A DNA stretch of 64,000 nt, from assembly GCA_963828495.1 (NCBI GenBank), contig CAWHFJ010000013.1, positions 7,952 through 71,951 of the forward strand, read 5' to 3'. This document shows, one piece after another, positions 42,381 to 54,395 of the stretch (within the stretch, counting starts at the first letter, position 1; each line of letters opens with the position of its first letter). The DNA is from Candidatus Omnitrophota bacterium. GTDB lineage: Bacteria; Omnitrophota; Gorgyraeia; Zapsychrales; Fredricksoniimonadaceae. The notes beneath the pieces were generated by a model. It was not told the DNA's origin. It saw nothing but the letters and a program-made list of their open reading frames with translations, and did no database searches. The position numbers were made by a program, and so were the translations under genes.

Positions 42381-43583
42381 TCATAACGATGTTTTTTTTG
42401 CCACAATGACAATGCCGGAGGTCGTCAGCACAAAACGCTGGCGGTCCAAATCCGGATTAAAACCAATCTTTGTTCCTGCAGGAATATCTACGTCCTTATC
42501 AATGATGGCCCCCTGGATCTGGGTCCCTCTACCTATGGTCACCCTATCCATGATCACGGAATTTTTAATAAACACACCGTCTTTAATGACCACATTGTTG
42601 GAAACAACCGAGTGTTCAATCCGGCCGCTTTCCAGGACACAACCGCTGGCGACCAAAGAATCGACAATCGTGCCCGGAGTTTTCCCTGTGGTGTAGACTC
42701 TTAGCGGCGGATAATGATGATGGTGCGTGCGCAAAGGCCATGCCTTCTCATACAAATTAAATTTAGGTTTGGCCCCGCACAGGTCCATATTCGCCTGATA
42801 ATACGAATCACGGGTCCCTATGTCGCGCCAATAAGAAGACGTATTCTCCTTGGCAAAATCATAGGCGAACACTTTGAGTTTCCGTGCCACCATCTGAGGA
42901 ATGATATTCCTGCCGAAATCATGGTCAGAGTCCATCTTGGCCGCGTCAGCGATCAGTTCTTTTTTAAGGACATCCGCATTAAATAAATAAATCCCCATGG
43001 AGCCAAAAATTGCGTCGGGGATGCCGGGGATTGTCTTGGGTATTTCGGGTTTCTCCTGAAAACCGATGACCATGTTATGTTTGTCCACCTGCACCACCCC
43101 AAAATAAATGGAATCATTTTTAGGCATGGCAATGCAAGCGACCGTCATGTCCGCACCCTTATCCAAATGATATTCGATCAACTTGCGGTAATCCATTTTA
43201 TACACATGGTCCCCGGCCAAAACCAGCACCCGTTTGGGATCATAATCCCCGACCATGTTCAAATTCTGGTAAATAGCGTCCGCCGTGCCGCGGTACCAGT
43301 CGCTGGAAATGCGCTGCTGGGCCGGCACCACATCAATGAATTCCCCTAATTGATTGGAATAAATGTTCCAGCCTTCTAAAATATGCCTCTGCAGGGAAAA
43401 TGATTTATACTGGGTCAAAAGAAATATGCGGCGCAACCCCGAATTGACGCAATTCGAAAGCGCAAAATCAACAATGCGGTAAATCCCGCCGAAAGGCACC
43501 GCAGGCTTGGCCCGATCGCGGGTCAAAGGGTCAAGGCGTTCGCCTTTCCCGCCGGCTAAAATAAAAGTTAAAACGTCACGCAT
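42381..43583 (-). CDS. glgC: Glucose-1-phosphate adenylyltransferase
   Basis: FILAGGKGERLDPLTRDRAKPAVPFGGIYRIVDFALSNCVNSG, followed by a C-terminal left-handed beta-helix region. Confidence 0.9.
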   Translation of the reverse strand: MRDVLTFILAGGKGERLDPLTRDRAKPAVPFGGIYRIVDFALSNCVNSGLRRIFLLTQYKSFSLQRHILEGWNIYSNQLGEFIDVVPAQQRISSDWYRGTADAIYQNLNMVGDYDPKRVLVLAGDHVYKMDYRKLIEYHLDKGADMTVACIAMPKNDSIYFGVVQVDKHNMVIGFQEKPEIPKTIPGIPDAIFGSMGIYLFNADVLKKELIADAAKMDSDHDFGRNIIPQMVARKLKVFAYDFAKENTSSYWRDIGTRDSYYQANMDLCGAKPKFNLYEKAWPLRTHHHHYPPLRVYTTGKTPGTIVDSLVASGCVLESGRIEHSVVSNNVVIKDGVFIKNSVIMDRVTIGRGTQIQGAIIDKDVDIPAGTKIGFNPDLDRQRFVLTTSGIVIVAKKTSL

Positions 43584-45737
43584 ACAATTAAATGACTTTC
43601 CTTTTTAGGAATCTTTATATTTTTTTTGCTATTTATAATATCATGAATTTTCTTAACATCAACCTTATCTTCAGGAGCCATTTTTTGAGCCTGATTAAGC
43701 GCGTCCAATGCTTGTCTTTCCTGTCCGCTTAAAGCATAGACGCGGGCCAAACCAAAACGGGCGCTGACATTCTTGGGGGAAGCTTCCACCACCCTGCGAT
43801 ACTGAATAATCGCCCCTTGATACTCTTTTAAATTCTCATACGCCATGGCTAAATCCAAACGCATGGGAATGTCCCCGCCGGCAAACATGGCCCCCAGCCG
43901 GAAATACTCAAAGGCTTTATGATAATCTTTGCGGTCATGATAAATCTTCCCTAATATTTTATAGGCGGGCGCGTAATCAGGAGTCACCCGAAGCGCCTCT
44001 TTGGCATTCCCTCAGCGCCGCTTCCAGTCCCAAAGTTTCTAAGATGTGCGCCCTGCTGGTAAAAGGAAAAGGGTCGATGCGTTTGGTGGCTAATTTAAAA
44101 AGATCCATGGGGCCGGGCTTCCACTTGGCTTAAATTCACAGAGAACTTGTCAATGATGGGTTTATTGGCAGGGGTCTGTTTTAAAAAAATCACCGCGTCA
44201 TCATCAAAATAAACGATAGACCAATTTTTAAAAGAATGGAACATCTTAAGGACAGGCGTGGGGATCTCCTGATGGGCATCATTCAAGAAAGCCCCGGTAA
44301 TATTGTCTTTGCGCTCAAATTGTGCAAAAATTTTAGCATTACCGTCTTGCCATATTTTCTGGTAAGTCTCAAAAAATGACGCCCCATAAACTTCGGTACG
44401 CCCGTCTATAAAAACTTTAATATTAGGATACGTCCTGCCGATCAAATAGGCGCCTGAGTTAAAATCATTAAAAATATTGGCCTTAATCTTGTTGCGCAGG
44501 AGAAAATCCACCGCCTTGTAAGGATAGACACGCTTGGAGACGCCAAAAAATTCACTCTTACGGTTGTAGGTATCAAAATCAAAATAACCGTTGAGCGTCA
44601 TTTGCATGCCGTAGTTAACCATCCACATGATCAAAACTGAACTTAAAGACAATCCCGGTAATATATTTGAATCGGACAGAAGAAAAATGCAACGGCACCA
44701 CGGCCTCCCACGATAGGGAAATGACATTGACCATAAAAACCAGATACGCTGCTATCGCGAAAAAAACCAGATTACGGACGGCCGCCAAGGAGAACCCTAA
44801 GAAAATCGCCCATACCAAAAAACTGCTGATATCTATTTTGCGCCGGTTAAACACAAAACTACACGCGGAAAGGATGATCAGGATTTTATACTGCAAGTAT
44901 CTGCTCGCTGGCAACGTTCGCCAGGGCAATGGGTCTTTGCAATTCAAGGATATGGCTGAAAAATATTTTATTATTCCCCCCTAAATGAAAAAAGACGCCT
45001 AACGGATACCAGGCCCCTTGGAATGTCAAAGGGTTAACACAGGACGCTAATATCAAAACCGGAAACATTTTCTTGAGCGCCCCGTATTCGCCATCGGTCA
45101 GACGTCCCCCTGTGTTCCATTCATAGGGCATCGGCAGGCGGCGCTTGATCATCTCTGCCAAAATACCCACCCCCACCAGTAAAGGGCCGAAAAAGAAAAA
45201 GCCGTGCATATTCGTCCACAAGATTTGCAAGACTACCAGGGCATACAGTGAGACGCGTTTATTGATATGCAAGGCGAGGATATAAATGTAAAGCACAAAA
45301 AATAAAAGGCTGAAAATATCCGGACGGATGGTAAAACGGGTTTGATACACCATCAGGACCATCAGTAGTGCAAAGACCGTCAGCCATTGACGCTCACGGC
45401 TATAACCTAAAAACAACAGCACCAAAAACGTAAAAGCCACGACTACCGACTGCATGCTGATAAGACCGTCGAAACCAAAGGCCCTGTAGATTTGGTAAAT
45501 GAAAACTTGAAACAACCATTCGTGATTGACCCAGGGTTTTCCGGAAATAGTACAGGAAAGCACGTCGTAGCTCGGGACAAAACCATGCTGGCTGATCCAT
45601 TGCCCCATGCGCAAATGCAGCCATAAATCCAAATCCTTGATTTCGATGCTGGAAGAAAAAGTGATCAGGGCAAAAAGGACGCAGATGGACAGCCAGCCCA
45701 AAACCATACTCAATTTTTGCCAAAACCGTTCGCTCAT
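43568..45737 (-). pseudogene. Polytopic membrane protein with C-terminal TPR domain (possible GT-C-type glycosyltransferase), about 4 frameshifts
   Basis: Collinear pieces are 44886..45737, 44615..44947, 44095..44727, an unlisted frame (KWKPGPMDLFKLATKRIDPFPFTSRAHILETLGLEAA) and 43568..43987 (TPR). Confidence 0.55.
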
Positions 45738-46445
45738 AAATTTTTACCAAACGCCGCCTGTACCAATTGCCGCGTATACGGATGCACCGGGGATTCCAGG
45801 ACGGCCTCAACCTTGCCTTCTTCCACAATTTTCCCCTGATACATTACAGCTATTTTATCACTAAAATTCCGCACCAGACGCAAATTATGAGAAATAAAAA
45901 TATAGGTGAGATTAAATTCTTGTTTTATTTTTTTTAAAAGGTCTAGGATCTGTTTTTGCACCAGAGTGTCCAACGCAGAGACCGCTTCATCCAGAATAAT
46001 GATACGGGGAGACGCCAGCAAAGCCCGGGCAATGGCTATGCGCTGGCGCTCTCCTCCGCTGAATTCATGGGGAAAACGCTGCAACACTCCGGGGCTAAGT
46101 CCAACGGCCACAAGCATTTGCTCCATTTTCTCCTGCATTTGGGGCACTGATAAATAACGTTGGCGCCATAAAGCTTCCTTTAAGGTCCCCCTCACATTCC
46201 ATAATGGGTCCAGTGAAGAATAGGGATCCTGAAAAATCATCTGCACGTGACACTTGTCTGCTGCGATGACACCGCCATCGGGTTTAATGAGCCCTATCAT
46301 CATTTTAGCCAGGGTGGTCTTACCGCAACCGGATTCGCCGATTAAGGCCAAATGGTCTCCACAATTCGAGTGAAAAGCTGACACCGTCGACGGCCCGCAG
46401 GTCCCCAAAAGTTTTGACCACATGGTGAACTTGTAAAATACTCAT
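45734..46445 (-). pseudogene. Opp/Dpp-family ABC transporter ATPase (OppF-like), one frameshift near 46360
   Basis: MSILQVHHVVKTFGDLRAVDGVSFSLE (ATG at 46445, ATGA overlap with the upstream stop) continues as GDHLALIGESGCGKTT...LSGGERQRIAIARAL. Confidence 0.8.
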
Positions 46446-47209
46446 TGAAAAGCCCCGACTAATGCCTTTGTATATGCCTGTTGAGGATGGTCTATCACCT
46501 GGCGGACACTCCCTTGTTCTATCACTTGCCCCTCTTGACAAATAATGACCTCATCCGCCAGACGAGAAATCATCCCCAGATCATGGGAGATTAGCACAAA
46601 CGACACCTTCTTCTTAGATTTAAGGGCCCCGAAGAGTTCCATAATCTTGGCCTGCAAGGTGACGTCCAGACTGCTGGTCGGCTCATCGGCAATAATTAAA
46701 GAAGCTCCGCCGACTAAGGCCTGTGCCACCATGGCTCGCTGGCGCATGCCGCCGCTTAATTGATGCGGGAAGCTTGCATAAACGCGTTGGGGGTCCGGCA
46801 ATTCCACGTCGGACAAGGTCTGCAACACTTGGGAGTACCTGTGGCGTTTTAAGGTGCGCGTGTGTGCGATTAAAACTTCGTCTAATTGTTGACCGATGGT
46901 AAACAAAGGATCAAAAGCGCTTAAAGGCTCCTGAAAAACCATGCCTATGCGCGAGCCCCTACATTGGCGCATCTCTTCATCCGCAAGGCCCAATAAATCT
47001 ATGCCTTCAAAAATAATACTCCCTCCCCGAATGTGTAACCCGGGGGATATTAAACGCAAAATAGATAGCCCGATAGTTGTCTTGCCGCTGCCGGAGCCTC
47101 CTGCAATAGCCACAATCTTGCCCCTAGGCACATCGAAGGACACATCATCGACCAAGACCTTGGCCCCAACTGTTACCGTTAAATTTTTAATAGAAAGGAT
47201 TTTTTCCAT
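46442..47209 (-). CDS. Opp/Dpp-family ABC transporter ATPase (OppD-like)
   Basis: Walker A GGSGSGKTT, signature LSGGMRQRAMVAQAL, Walker B LIIADEPTSSLD. Confidence 0.88.
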   Translation of the reverse strand: MEKILSIKNLTVTVGAKVLVDDVSFDVPRGKIVAIAGGSGSGKTTIGLSILRLISPGLHIRGGSIIFEGIDLLGLADEEMRQCRGSRIGMVFQEPLSAFDPLFTIGQQLDEVLIAHTRTLKRHRYSQVLQTLSDVELPDPQRVYASFPHQLSGGMRQRAMVAQALVGGASLIIADEPTSSLDVTLQAKIMELFGALKSKKKVSFVLISHDLGMISRLADEVIICQEGQVIEQGSVRQVIDHPQQAYTKALVGAFQ

Positions 47210-49189
47210 TTAGTCTCCGGCTGATACTGCTTTAAGCGAACTGATAAATGCAGGATCAACAACAGCCCCTAATTCTTCGGTTTTGTGTACATCTTGCCAA
47301 GCCCTATCATATTCTTTTAAGGCATAATAAACACGCGCTCGGTTATAATAAAACCTTGCAAAGTTAGGATTTATTTCAATGGCTTTGCTGTAATCTGCTA
47401 TGGCTTGAGTAAAATGACCTTGTTGATTATAAATGTTCCCCCGGTCATTATAGGCCTCCGCACTGTGGGGGTTTAATTGAATGGCTCTATTGTAATCTGC
47501 CAGCGCTTGCGTGAGATGGCCTGCTTCAGCGTAGAGGATGCCACGGTTGTTATAGGCCTCTGCAATGTTAGGGTCAATGGCCATAACTCTATTATAATCT
47601 GCCAAAGCTTGGAGTACGTTGCCTTGCTTGACGTAGCAAATGGCGCGGTCGTAAAACCCCCATGCTAACCCGGGATTTATTTCAATGGCTTTATTAAAAT
47701 CAGACAGAGCTTGCGTGAATTTGCCTTCTTGGCTATAAAGATTCCCGCGGTTATTATAGGCATCCCCAAAATTAGGATCCAGCTCAATAGTTTTATTAAA
47801 ATCAGACAGAGCTTGCGAGAAGCGACCTTGTTTGCCATAAACGTTCCCGCGATTATTATAGGCCTCTGTAAAATGAGGATCGATTTCAATGGCTTTATTA
47901 AAATCGAACAACGCCTGCGTGAGATCACCTTGGGTTTCGTAAACCATGCCAAGGCCATTGTACGGCCTTGCGGCATGAGGAGATTTGTGCACTGTATCCT
48001 TCCATAAAGTAATTTCACTTTCCCAAACTTTATTTCTTTGATACGCCAAAATGGCATAACAGGCTATGGTCATAATGAGCACTTTAATCATTGTCTTAAA
48101 ATGCTTCATCCCCCCAAGATAGTACGCGCCACAGACGAGAAACAGGCTATACCCCACCAAAGGTAAATAAAGCCTGTGTTCAAAAATCACATCTTTGATC
48201 GGGACAACGCTGGATTCAGGGACAAGTGTCAGGAAAAACCAAAAAATAGAAAAAGAAAGTATCCTGTACTTTGAAAACAGCTGTTTGGCCCAAAAAAGAA
48301 TCGTTAGCAAAAATAAAAAGCTGGTGACCACCGGCCATTGAAAGAAACTCTTAAAAATGGGGTAGTCATAATCCAGGTTCTGATGCACGGGCAAAAAAAC
48401 CAATCTGACATAGGTGACCATGACCCTGAATTGAGTCAGCAGATAGTGTAGCGAAGAGATCCCCGGTTCACGACTCAGCTCCTGTAATCTCACCGGCCGG
48501 GTCTCGGTGAGCAACATGGTTAAGGGAATAATCAACAACGTCATCAGAAAGGGAACAGAATATTGCCAATTAAAACTCTTTTTAGTTTTGAAAAAACACA
48601 ACTCATAGAGCACAACCATCAGAGGCAACGTGATGGCTGTCTCCTTCGTAAACATGGCCATAACGGTAACTGCCAGTGCGCCTATATAATAAAATTTCCG
48701 AGTAACGACGGTGGGATTTTTATCCTGCAGCAGTCTTGATTGGACAAAGGCATAAACTGGCCACATAGAACATGGTCGCCATAGAAGCGGCCCGTTGCAC
48801 AATATAGGTCACCGCTTCGGTTTGAATGGGATGCGCTACAAACACCAGCCCTGCCAATAACGCAAGGGTCTCGGCATGTTGCGCGATCTTTTCCTTTTTC
48901 ATCACAGGACTTGAGAAAGTCAAAAGGGTCAGCCACCAAACTAGTATGGCTGTTACCAAATGGACGCCCAAATTAAACAGGTGATAACCGCATACATCCA
49001 GCCGCTGAAATGATAGTTAAGCGCAAGGGAAAGATAGAGGATAAAACGACGAGGCAGAAAATTCCAAATGCTTTGCCAATAATGGATATTCCTGATAGTA
49101 AAATTGTAAATAATGGAAGACTGGTCGTCCAAATGAAATGAGCAATGAAAAGTGTTCGCATAGATAATGATCCCTAAAGCAGAAATCAT
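47210..49189 (-). pseudogene. PMT/TMTC-like membrane protein with C-terminal TPR array, two frameshifts (near 48960 and near 48790)
   Basis: N-terminus is MISALGIIIYANTFHCSFHLDDQSSII (a motif I associate with TMTC/PMT_2-like proteins). Multiple TM helices follow, then 7 or more TPR units (AEAYNNRG..Y...G....A..D...AI...P). Confidence 0.55.
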
Positions 49190-49208
49190 TACGAACGTCA
49201 GCAGCTTC

Positions 49209-50240
49209 CTATTTAATGGCTTCACAATCCCCTCCTCGTAACATCGGATCAAAGGCATCCCGCAGCGCGTCCCCGACGACATTAAAACACATGACGGCAA
49301 TAAAAATAAAAAGTCCCGGTAACAATATCCACGGGGCAAAAATTACGGGCACGATTTCCATCGCCTGAGAAAGCAGATTCCCCCAGCTGGGCACCGGGTC
49401 CTGGATCCCTAACCCCACGACACTTAATCCCGCCTCCGCTAAAATATACGATGAGACCGTTAACATCAAGGTGGCCATCGAATAGGAAATCGTCTGGGGC
49501 AAAATATGTCGTAAAATAATGACTATATCCGGCACCCCCAGAGTTTTCGCCGCCAATACATAATCCCTCTCGCGTAAAGAAAGCGCCATGCCGCGGATAA
49601 TGCGCGCCAGGGACGCCCAGCCGATAAACGCCAAAATGACCACAACACTGAAATACACTTGGAAAGAATTAAAATTCTCCGGCACCGCTGCCCTTAGGGC
49701 TAGCATCAGATAAAAACCCGGAAGCATCATGAACATTTCACACACACGCATCAAAACACCGTCCACCCAACCGCCATAAAAACCGGCTATCCCTCCGATC
49801 AAAAGCCCCAGCATAAAAGAAATAGCGACCCCCAACAGGCCGATGGACAAAGAAATCCTCGCCCCATACCAAATACGGGAGAACAAATCACGGCCGCGCG
49901 CATCCGCACCCCACAGATAAAGACGGCCCGGGGCATCCACCCCGAATAAACGTCCGTCTTTAAAAAAATGCAGCGGATATTTTTTAGTCTTATCTATGAC
50001 ATAAACCCGCCGGTGCATGGGGTCAAATGTCAAGGTGCGATGATACACAAAAGGACGGACCGCGTGACCATGGTCGAAAAACTCAACAGCTGTCGGAGGA
50101 CAATAAGAAAAATTACGCTCTTCATCTTTATAAGAATAAGGGCTGATAAAATCAGCGAAAATGGCGAGCAGATACAAAACCGCCAACACCCATAGGCAGG
50201 CCATCGCTATACGATTACGGCTAAAGGAATTATTATTCAT
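49209..50240 (-). CDS. Opp/Dpp-family ABC transporter permease (OppC-like)
   Basis: Permease with an EAA-type loop (ERDYVLAAKTLGVPDIVIILRHILPQ). Confidence 0.85.
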   Translation of the reverse strand: MNNNSFSRNRIAMACLWVLAVLYLLAIFADFISPYSYKDEERNFSYCPPTAVEFFDHGHAVRPFVYHRTLTFDPMHRRVYVIDKTKKYPLHFFKDGRLFGVDAPGRLYLWGADARGRDLFSRIWYGARISLSIGLLGVAISFMLGLLIGGIAGFYGGWVDGVLMRVCEMFMMLPGFYLMLALRAAVPENFNSFQVYFSVVVILAFIGWASLARIIRGMALSLRERDYVLAAKTLGVPDIVIILRHILPQTISYSMATLMLTVSSYILAEAGLSVVGLGIQDPVPSWGNLLSQAMEIVPVIFAPWILLPGLFIFIAVMCFNVVGDALRDAFDPMLRGGDCEAIK

Positions 50241-50258
50241 AGAACATTTCGTTCAATG

Positions 50259-51225
50259 TCATTTTACGCGAATACGCGGGTCAACCCACGCCAATAAAAT
50301 ATCGGCCAGAATATTACCCACCACCAAAAGGACTCCTGCTAATAATGTGCTGCTCATGACTAAATACACATCTTTGGCCCGTACGGCGGTCAAAAGCAGG
50401 AACCCTAACCCCGGCCAACTGCAGACAATTTCAATCAAGGCGGCCCCGCTTAAGAGTGCCGCGAATTCATACCCCAGCAAAGTGACCATCGGATTAAATG
50501 CATTGCGCAGCGCATGACGGTAAATCACAACCCTTTCCGGCAGGCCTTTGGCACGGGCCGCTAAAATATACTGCTGGCGTAAAACCCCCAGCATATTGCC
50601 GCGCATAATCCGCTGTAAAGACGCCATCGCTGATAAAGAAAGGACCCCCGCCGGAATCACCAAATGAAGGGCCGTGTCCCCGATTTTACCGATGAGCGTC
50701 ATATCATCATAATGCGGACTGTGCATCCCGCCTAAAGGGAGAGCTCCCCATCGACTGGCCGCGTATAAAACCAGCATCGCCAAAAAGAACCCCGGTGTAG
50801 AAAACGCGGCAAAAGACAATACGGAAAGTACGCGGTCCACCCATTGATTGCGCCTTAACGCGGCCCACACGCCCAAGGGAATTGCGAATCCCCAAGTCAA
50901 AAGAAAACTGGTAAACGACAAAATAAACGTATTGAACAGACGGCTGCCCAGGACATGCGTGACGGGCACATTATAATAAAAAGAATACCCCCACTCTCCG
51001 TGCAGGATATTGACGATCCAATGTAGGTACTGCACCAACACAGGGTCCTTGAGATGATAAAGCTTTTCGTAACGCGCAATAGTCTCCGGAGAAATCTGAG
51101 GATTTAACCGCAAGCTATCAAAAAAACTCCCGGGGGTCGCGTGCATCAGCCAGAAGGTAAAAAAGCTAACGGCCAGCAAGTAGCAGGATCGTTGAGCACA
51201 GGCGCTGGATAATGTGTTTGATCAT
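50259..51225 (-). pseudogene. Opp/Dpp-family ABC transporter permease (OppB-like), one frameshift near 51180
   Basis: MIKHIIQRLCSTILLL (ATG at 51225, own translation) shifts into LAVSFFTFWLMHATPGSFF... (50259..51179). EAA-type loop QQYILAARAKGLPERVVIYRHALRNA. Confidence 0.8.
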
Positions 51226-51460
51226 AAATTAAATGGTGACGTCTACCAATTATATTCGCGTACATTCTATTCGGCCATTGTATTTCCTTCTCAGGCACGC
51301 TCGCCTCGTCCAGCGACTCGGCTTCGCTAGGGCCCAGGCTGATTTGCCACCGCATGAATTCTGCCTGTGGACCATGCCAAATCAGCCTTCTACTGCCTTC
51401 GAAGAAAACACAATGTCCGAATAGACAGCTGCATTAATGTGCCTCACACATAATAGATTT

Positions 51461-53191
51461 TCATCTCGATTGGCGTATATATATTTCCTCAATATTATGA
51501 AACGCGCCGCCGTTGACCGTGGGCTTTAGGTTCCCGAATTTATTGCGCACGGCGTACATGTCTGTGTTTAAAACCGTATAGATGACCGGCAACTGGTCGG
51601 CGACGATGCGTTGAAATTCATCATACAAAGCTTTACGCTTGGTCTCATCTAATTCTTGGGCGCCCTGGTCATAAATTTCGTCTATGCGCGCCTCCCAAGC
51701 GGTCTGGGGCTTCTGCTGATGCGGATTCCATAAATGCAGTCCGCCGGAGGAACGCCACACGTTTTGCCCAAAATGCGGCTCCACCCCGCCGGTCAATCCC
51801 ACCATCACCGCATCCCAATCAAAAGACGACATCAATTTGTTGACCAAGGTATTAAATTCCACCGGCACTAAATTGACCTTCATGCCTAATTTTTCCATAT
51901 CCGAACGGATGATGGCGGCCATTTGCAGATGCGCGGCCCCGCCCGCATCGGCTGTATATAAATTAAATTCCACAGGATGCCCTTGGGGGTCGACAAGCGT
52001 CTGAGTGCGCTCGTGATATTGAAATCCCGCCTGCTTCAAAATTAAGCGCGCTTTTTCTAAATTATAGTCATACCCCGTCACATCAGGATTATAAAAAAAG
52101 CCGCTGCTGGGGCTCATGGGGCCATTCTGGGGATACCCAAAACCATTATTAAGGATCTCTATGATTTTCTTTTTATCAATAGCATGGGCTATGGCCCGAC
52201 GGAATTGCAGGTTGGTAAACCAGGACAATTTGACACGATCAACAAAAGGCTTATGGGTATTGGGATTGACGGCCGGGGTTCTGATTAAGGGTCAGAAAAT
52301 TGGTGCCGAAATCCGCCCCAGCCTCATAAATATGGAAATTCTTTTGTTTCTCCAATGGTTTCAGTAACGGATACTCCTGGCCTTGCACCGGCGGTAGCAT
52401 CAAGTTCACCATCGATAAATTTTAATAGCTGTGCCTGGGGATCAGGAATGATCAGAAAAATGACTTTGTCCAAATAGGGCAACGCCTCGCCTCTCGGAGA
52501 AGATTTTTTCCAGTAATGGGGATTACGTTTAAATACCAAGCGCTCGCCGGGATGATACTCACTTAACATAAACGGGCCGGTGCCGATAATTTGGGCGGGT
52601 GGCGTATCAATGCCCCAGGTAAAAGAAAATTTCTTTTGTTCGACAACCCTCATTAAACAATGTTTGGGCAAAATCGACCTGACTCATGGCCCTCAAGAAT
52701 GGGGCGAATTTGACCGGCAATATAAAACGCACCGTATACTCATCTATTTTTTCAACCTTCAGAGGTTTTCCGTTAATAGTCAAAACATCCCTCGAAGAAG
52801 AAGGGATATCCGGATTATAAATCACGTCATTAAAAGTAAATAGCACATCATCCGCGCTGAAGCCTACCCCATCAAACCACGTGACATCGTCCCTTAAATG
52901 AAATGTCCATTGCAACCCGTCGGGACTGACTTCCCAGGATTTGGCTAAATTGGGAATGACTTTTAAAGTGAACGGATCCGCCGTAGTCAAGCCTTCAAAA
53001 AGCATGGCCGTGATAGCACCGCTATACGCATCTGTGGAAACAATATCATTGAAGGTTTTGGGATCGGAAGGGACGGCTTCGACAAGGCTGCCGCCATAAC
53101 GGCTGGGGGTGGTGGTCGCCTGGGCACAAAAAGCCCCTAAACAAACACACCCGATAACACAACACAAGAATAATTTATTTCGTACCCTCAT
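51461..53191 (-). pseudogene. Opp/Dpp-family periplasmic substrate-binding protein (family 5 SBP), 2 or more frameshifts
   Basis: Preferred start is MRVRNKLFLCCVIGCVCLGAFCAQA (ATG at 53191). Pieces are 52607..53242, 52324..52671 and 51461..52228. Confidence 0.75.
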
Positions 53192-53549
53192 GCCGGGTAC
53201 TATCGCTGGTCGTAGCATTAGCCATCGGCTTGGGAGCTTCAACTTTGACAGTAGGTTCAGGCTCAGGTTCCGAAGGTTTGGCCATGGGAACCTTTGTGAG
53301 AAGTCTCTTATGCGCCATCAAAGACTGTGTCCCTTTAGATGATTGAAAAGCGAAGATCAAAGAAGTGCTTATAAAAATCACCGCCAAAATCGTCGTAAAA
53401 CGGACCATGAACGCGTTGGTCTGCGTGCCGAACATGGATTCCGCGGATTGAAAAGTCTCGGTCAAGCCGCCACCGCGGCCTGCCTGCATTAATATGGAAA
53501 TCACGAGCAACATACACACAATCACATGAATAACAAGAATAAAGCCCAT
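53175..53549 (-). CDS. secG: Preprotein translocase subunit SecG
   Basis: MGFILVIHVIVCMLLVISILMQAGRGGGL...FGTQ...TTILAVIFISTSLIFA. Confidence 0.85.
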   Translation of the reverse strand: MGFILVIHVIVCMLLVISILMQAGRGGGLTETFQSAESMFGTQTNAFMVRFTTILAVIFISTSLIFAFQSSKGTQSLMAHKRLLTKVPMAKPSEPEPEPTVKVEAPKPMANATTSDSTRHEGTK

Positions 53550-53568
53550 AGATTTAATACCTCTTATT

Positions 53569-53619
53569 GAGATCCTTCGCCTCTACGGCTCAGGATGACT
53601 CTGACATTTCGTCAGAGTC
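53569..53619. repeat. Two adjacent GC-rich hairpin elements between tpiA and secG
   Basis: GAGATCCTTCGCCTCTACGGCTCAGGATGAC is followed by a perfect 9-bp stem GACTCTGAC/GTCAGAGTC (53597-53619) that includes the tpiA stop codon. Confidence 0.55.
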
Positions 53620-54376
53620 ATTTTTTAGCGCCTTTAACAATGGCCGCGAAAGAGGGCGCTTTTAAACTTGCTCCCCCGACTAATGCGCCATCAATATCTG
53701 CCTGACTCATCAGGGCCACAATATTATCCGGCGTCACGCTGCCGCCATATTGAATACGGACACTGCCGGCCACATCAGGATCAAACATCTTCCCTAATAA
53801 TTGGCGGATAAACACATGCACTTCCTGGGCCTGTTGTGGTGTGGCTGTTTTTCCCGTGCCTATAGCCCATACCGGTTCATACGCTAACACTATTTTTTTA
53901 ACCTCTTCCTCGGTCAAACCTTTCAGCGAACCCTCACAATGATTCTTGACGACATCAAAAGTCTTATTGGATTCACGTTCACCCAAATTTTCCCCCACGC
54001 ATACAATGGGAACAAGCCCATGCTTTAACGCTGCACGCAAACGCTTATTAACCGTCTCATTGGTCTCATAAAAATACTGGCGGCGCTCGGAATGGCCGAT
54101 AATCACGTAGGCGACACCCAAATCTTTGAGCATGGGCGCGGAAATTTCTCCCGTAAAAGCGCCGGCATCTTCCCAAAATATATTCTGGGCCCCCAGCGCA
54201 ATATTGGTCTCTGTCAAAACATCCGCCACATCGGCCAGCGCCGTAAACGGCGGACACAACACAATGTCGACGCCATCCACATCAACGATGTCACGTTTAA
54301 GCTCATTGGCCAAAATAATCGCCTCATGCGGCGTCTTATTTAATTTCCAGTTTCCTGCGATGATCGGCTTACGCAT
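53618..54376 (-). CDS. tpiA: Triosephosphate isomerase
   Basis: [39 protein letters not shown]. Confidence 0.93.
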   Translation of the reverse strand: MRKPIIAGNWKLNKTPHEAIILANELKRDIVDVDGVDIVLCPPFTALADVADVLTETNIALGAQNIFWEDAGAFTGEISAPMLKDLGVAYVIIGHSERRQYFYETNETVNKRLRAALKHGLVPIVCVGENLGERESNKTFDVVKNHCEGSLKGLTEEEVKKIVLAYEPVWAIGTGKTATPQQAQEVHVFIRQLLGKMFDPDVAGSVRIQYGGSVTPDNIVALMSQADIDGALVGGASLKAPSFAAIVKGAKK

Positions 54377-54395
54377 ATTTCTTTATGCCCCTCAA

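Noticed and set aside
39064-53191. Programmed ribosomal frameshifting or recoding as an explanation for the many split genes
   Set aside because: I saw no slippery heptamers or downstream pseudoknot-like structures at the sites I inspected. The shifts go in both directions and occur at unrelated sequences. Several genes need 2-4 shifts each, which does not fit known recoding systems.
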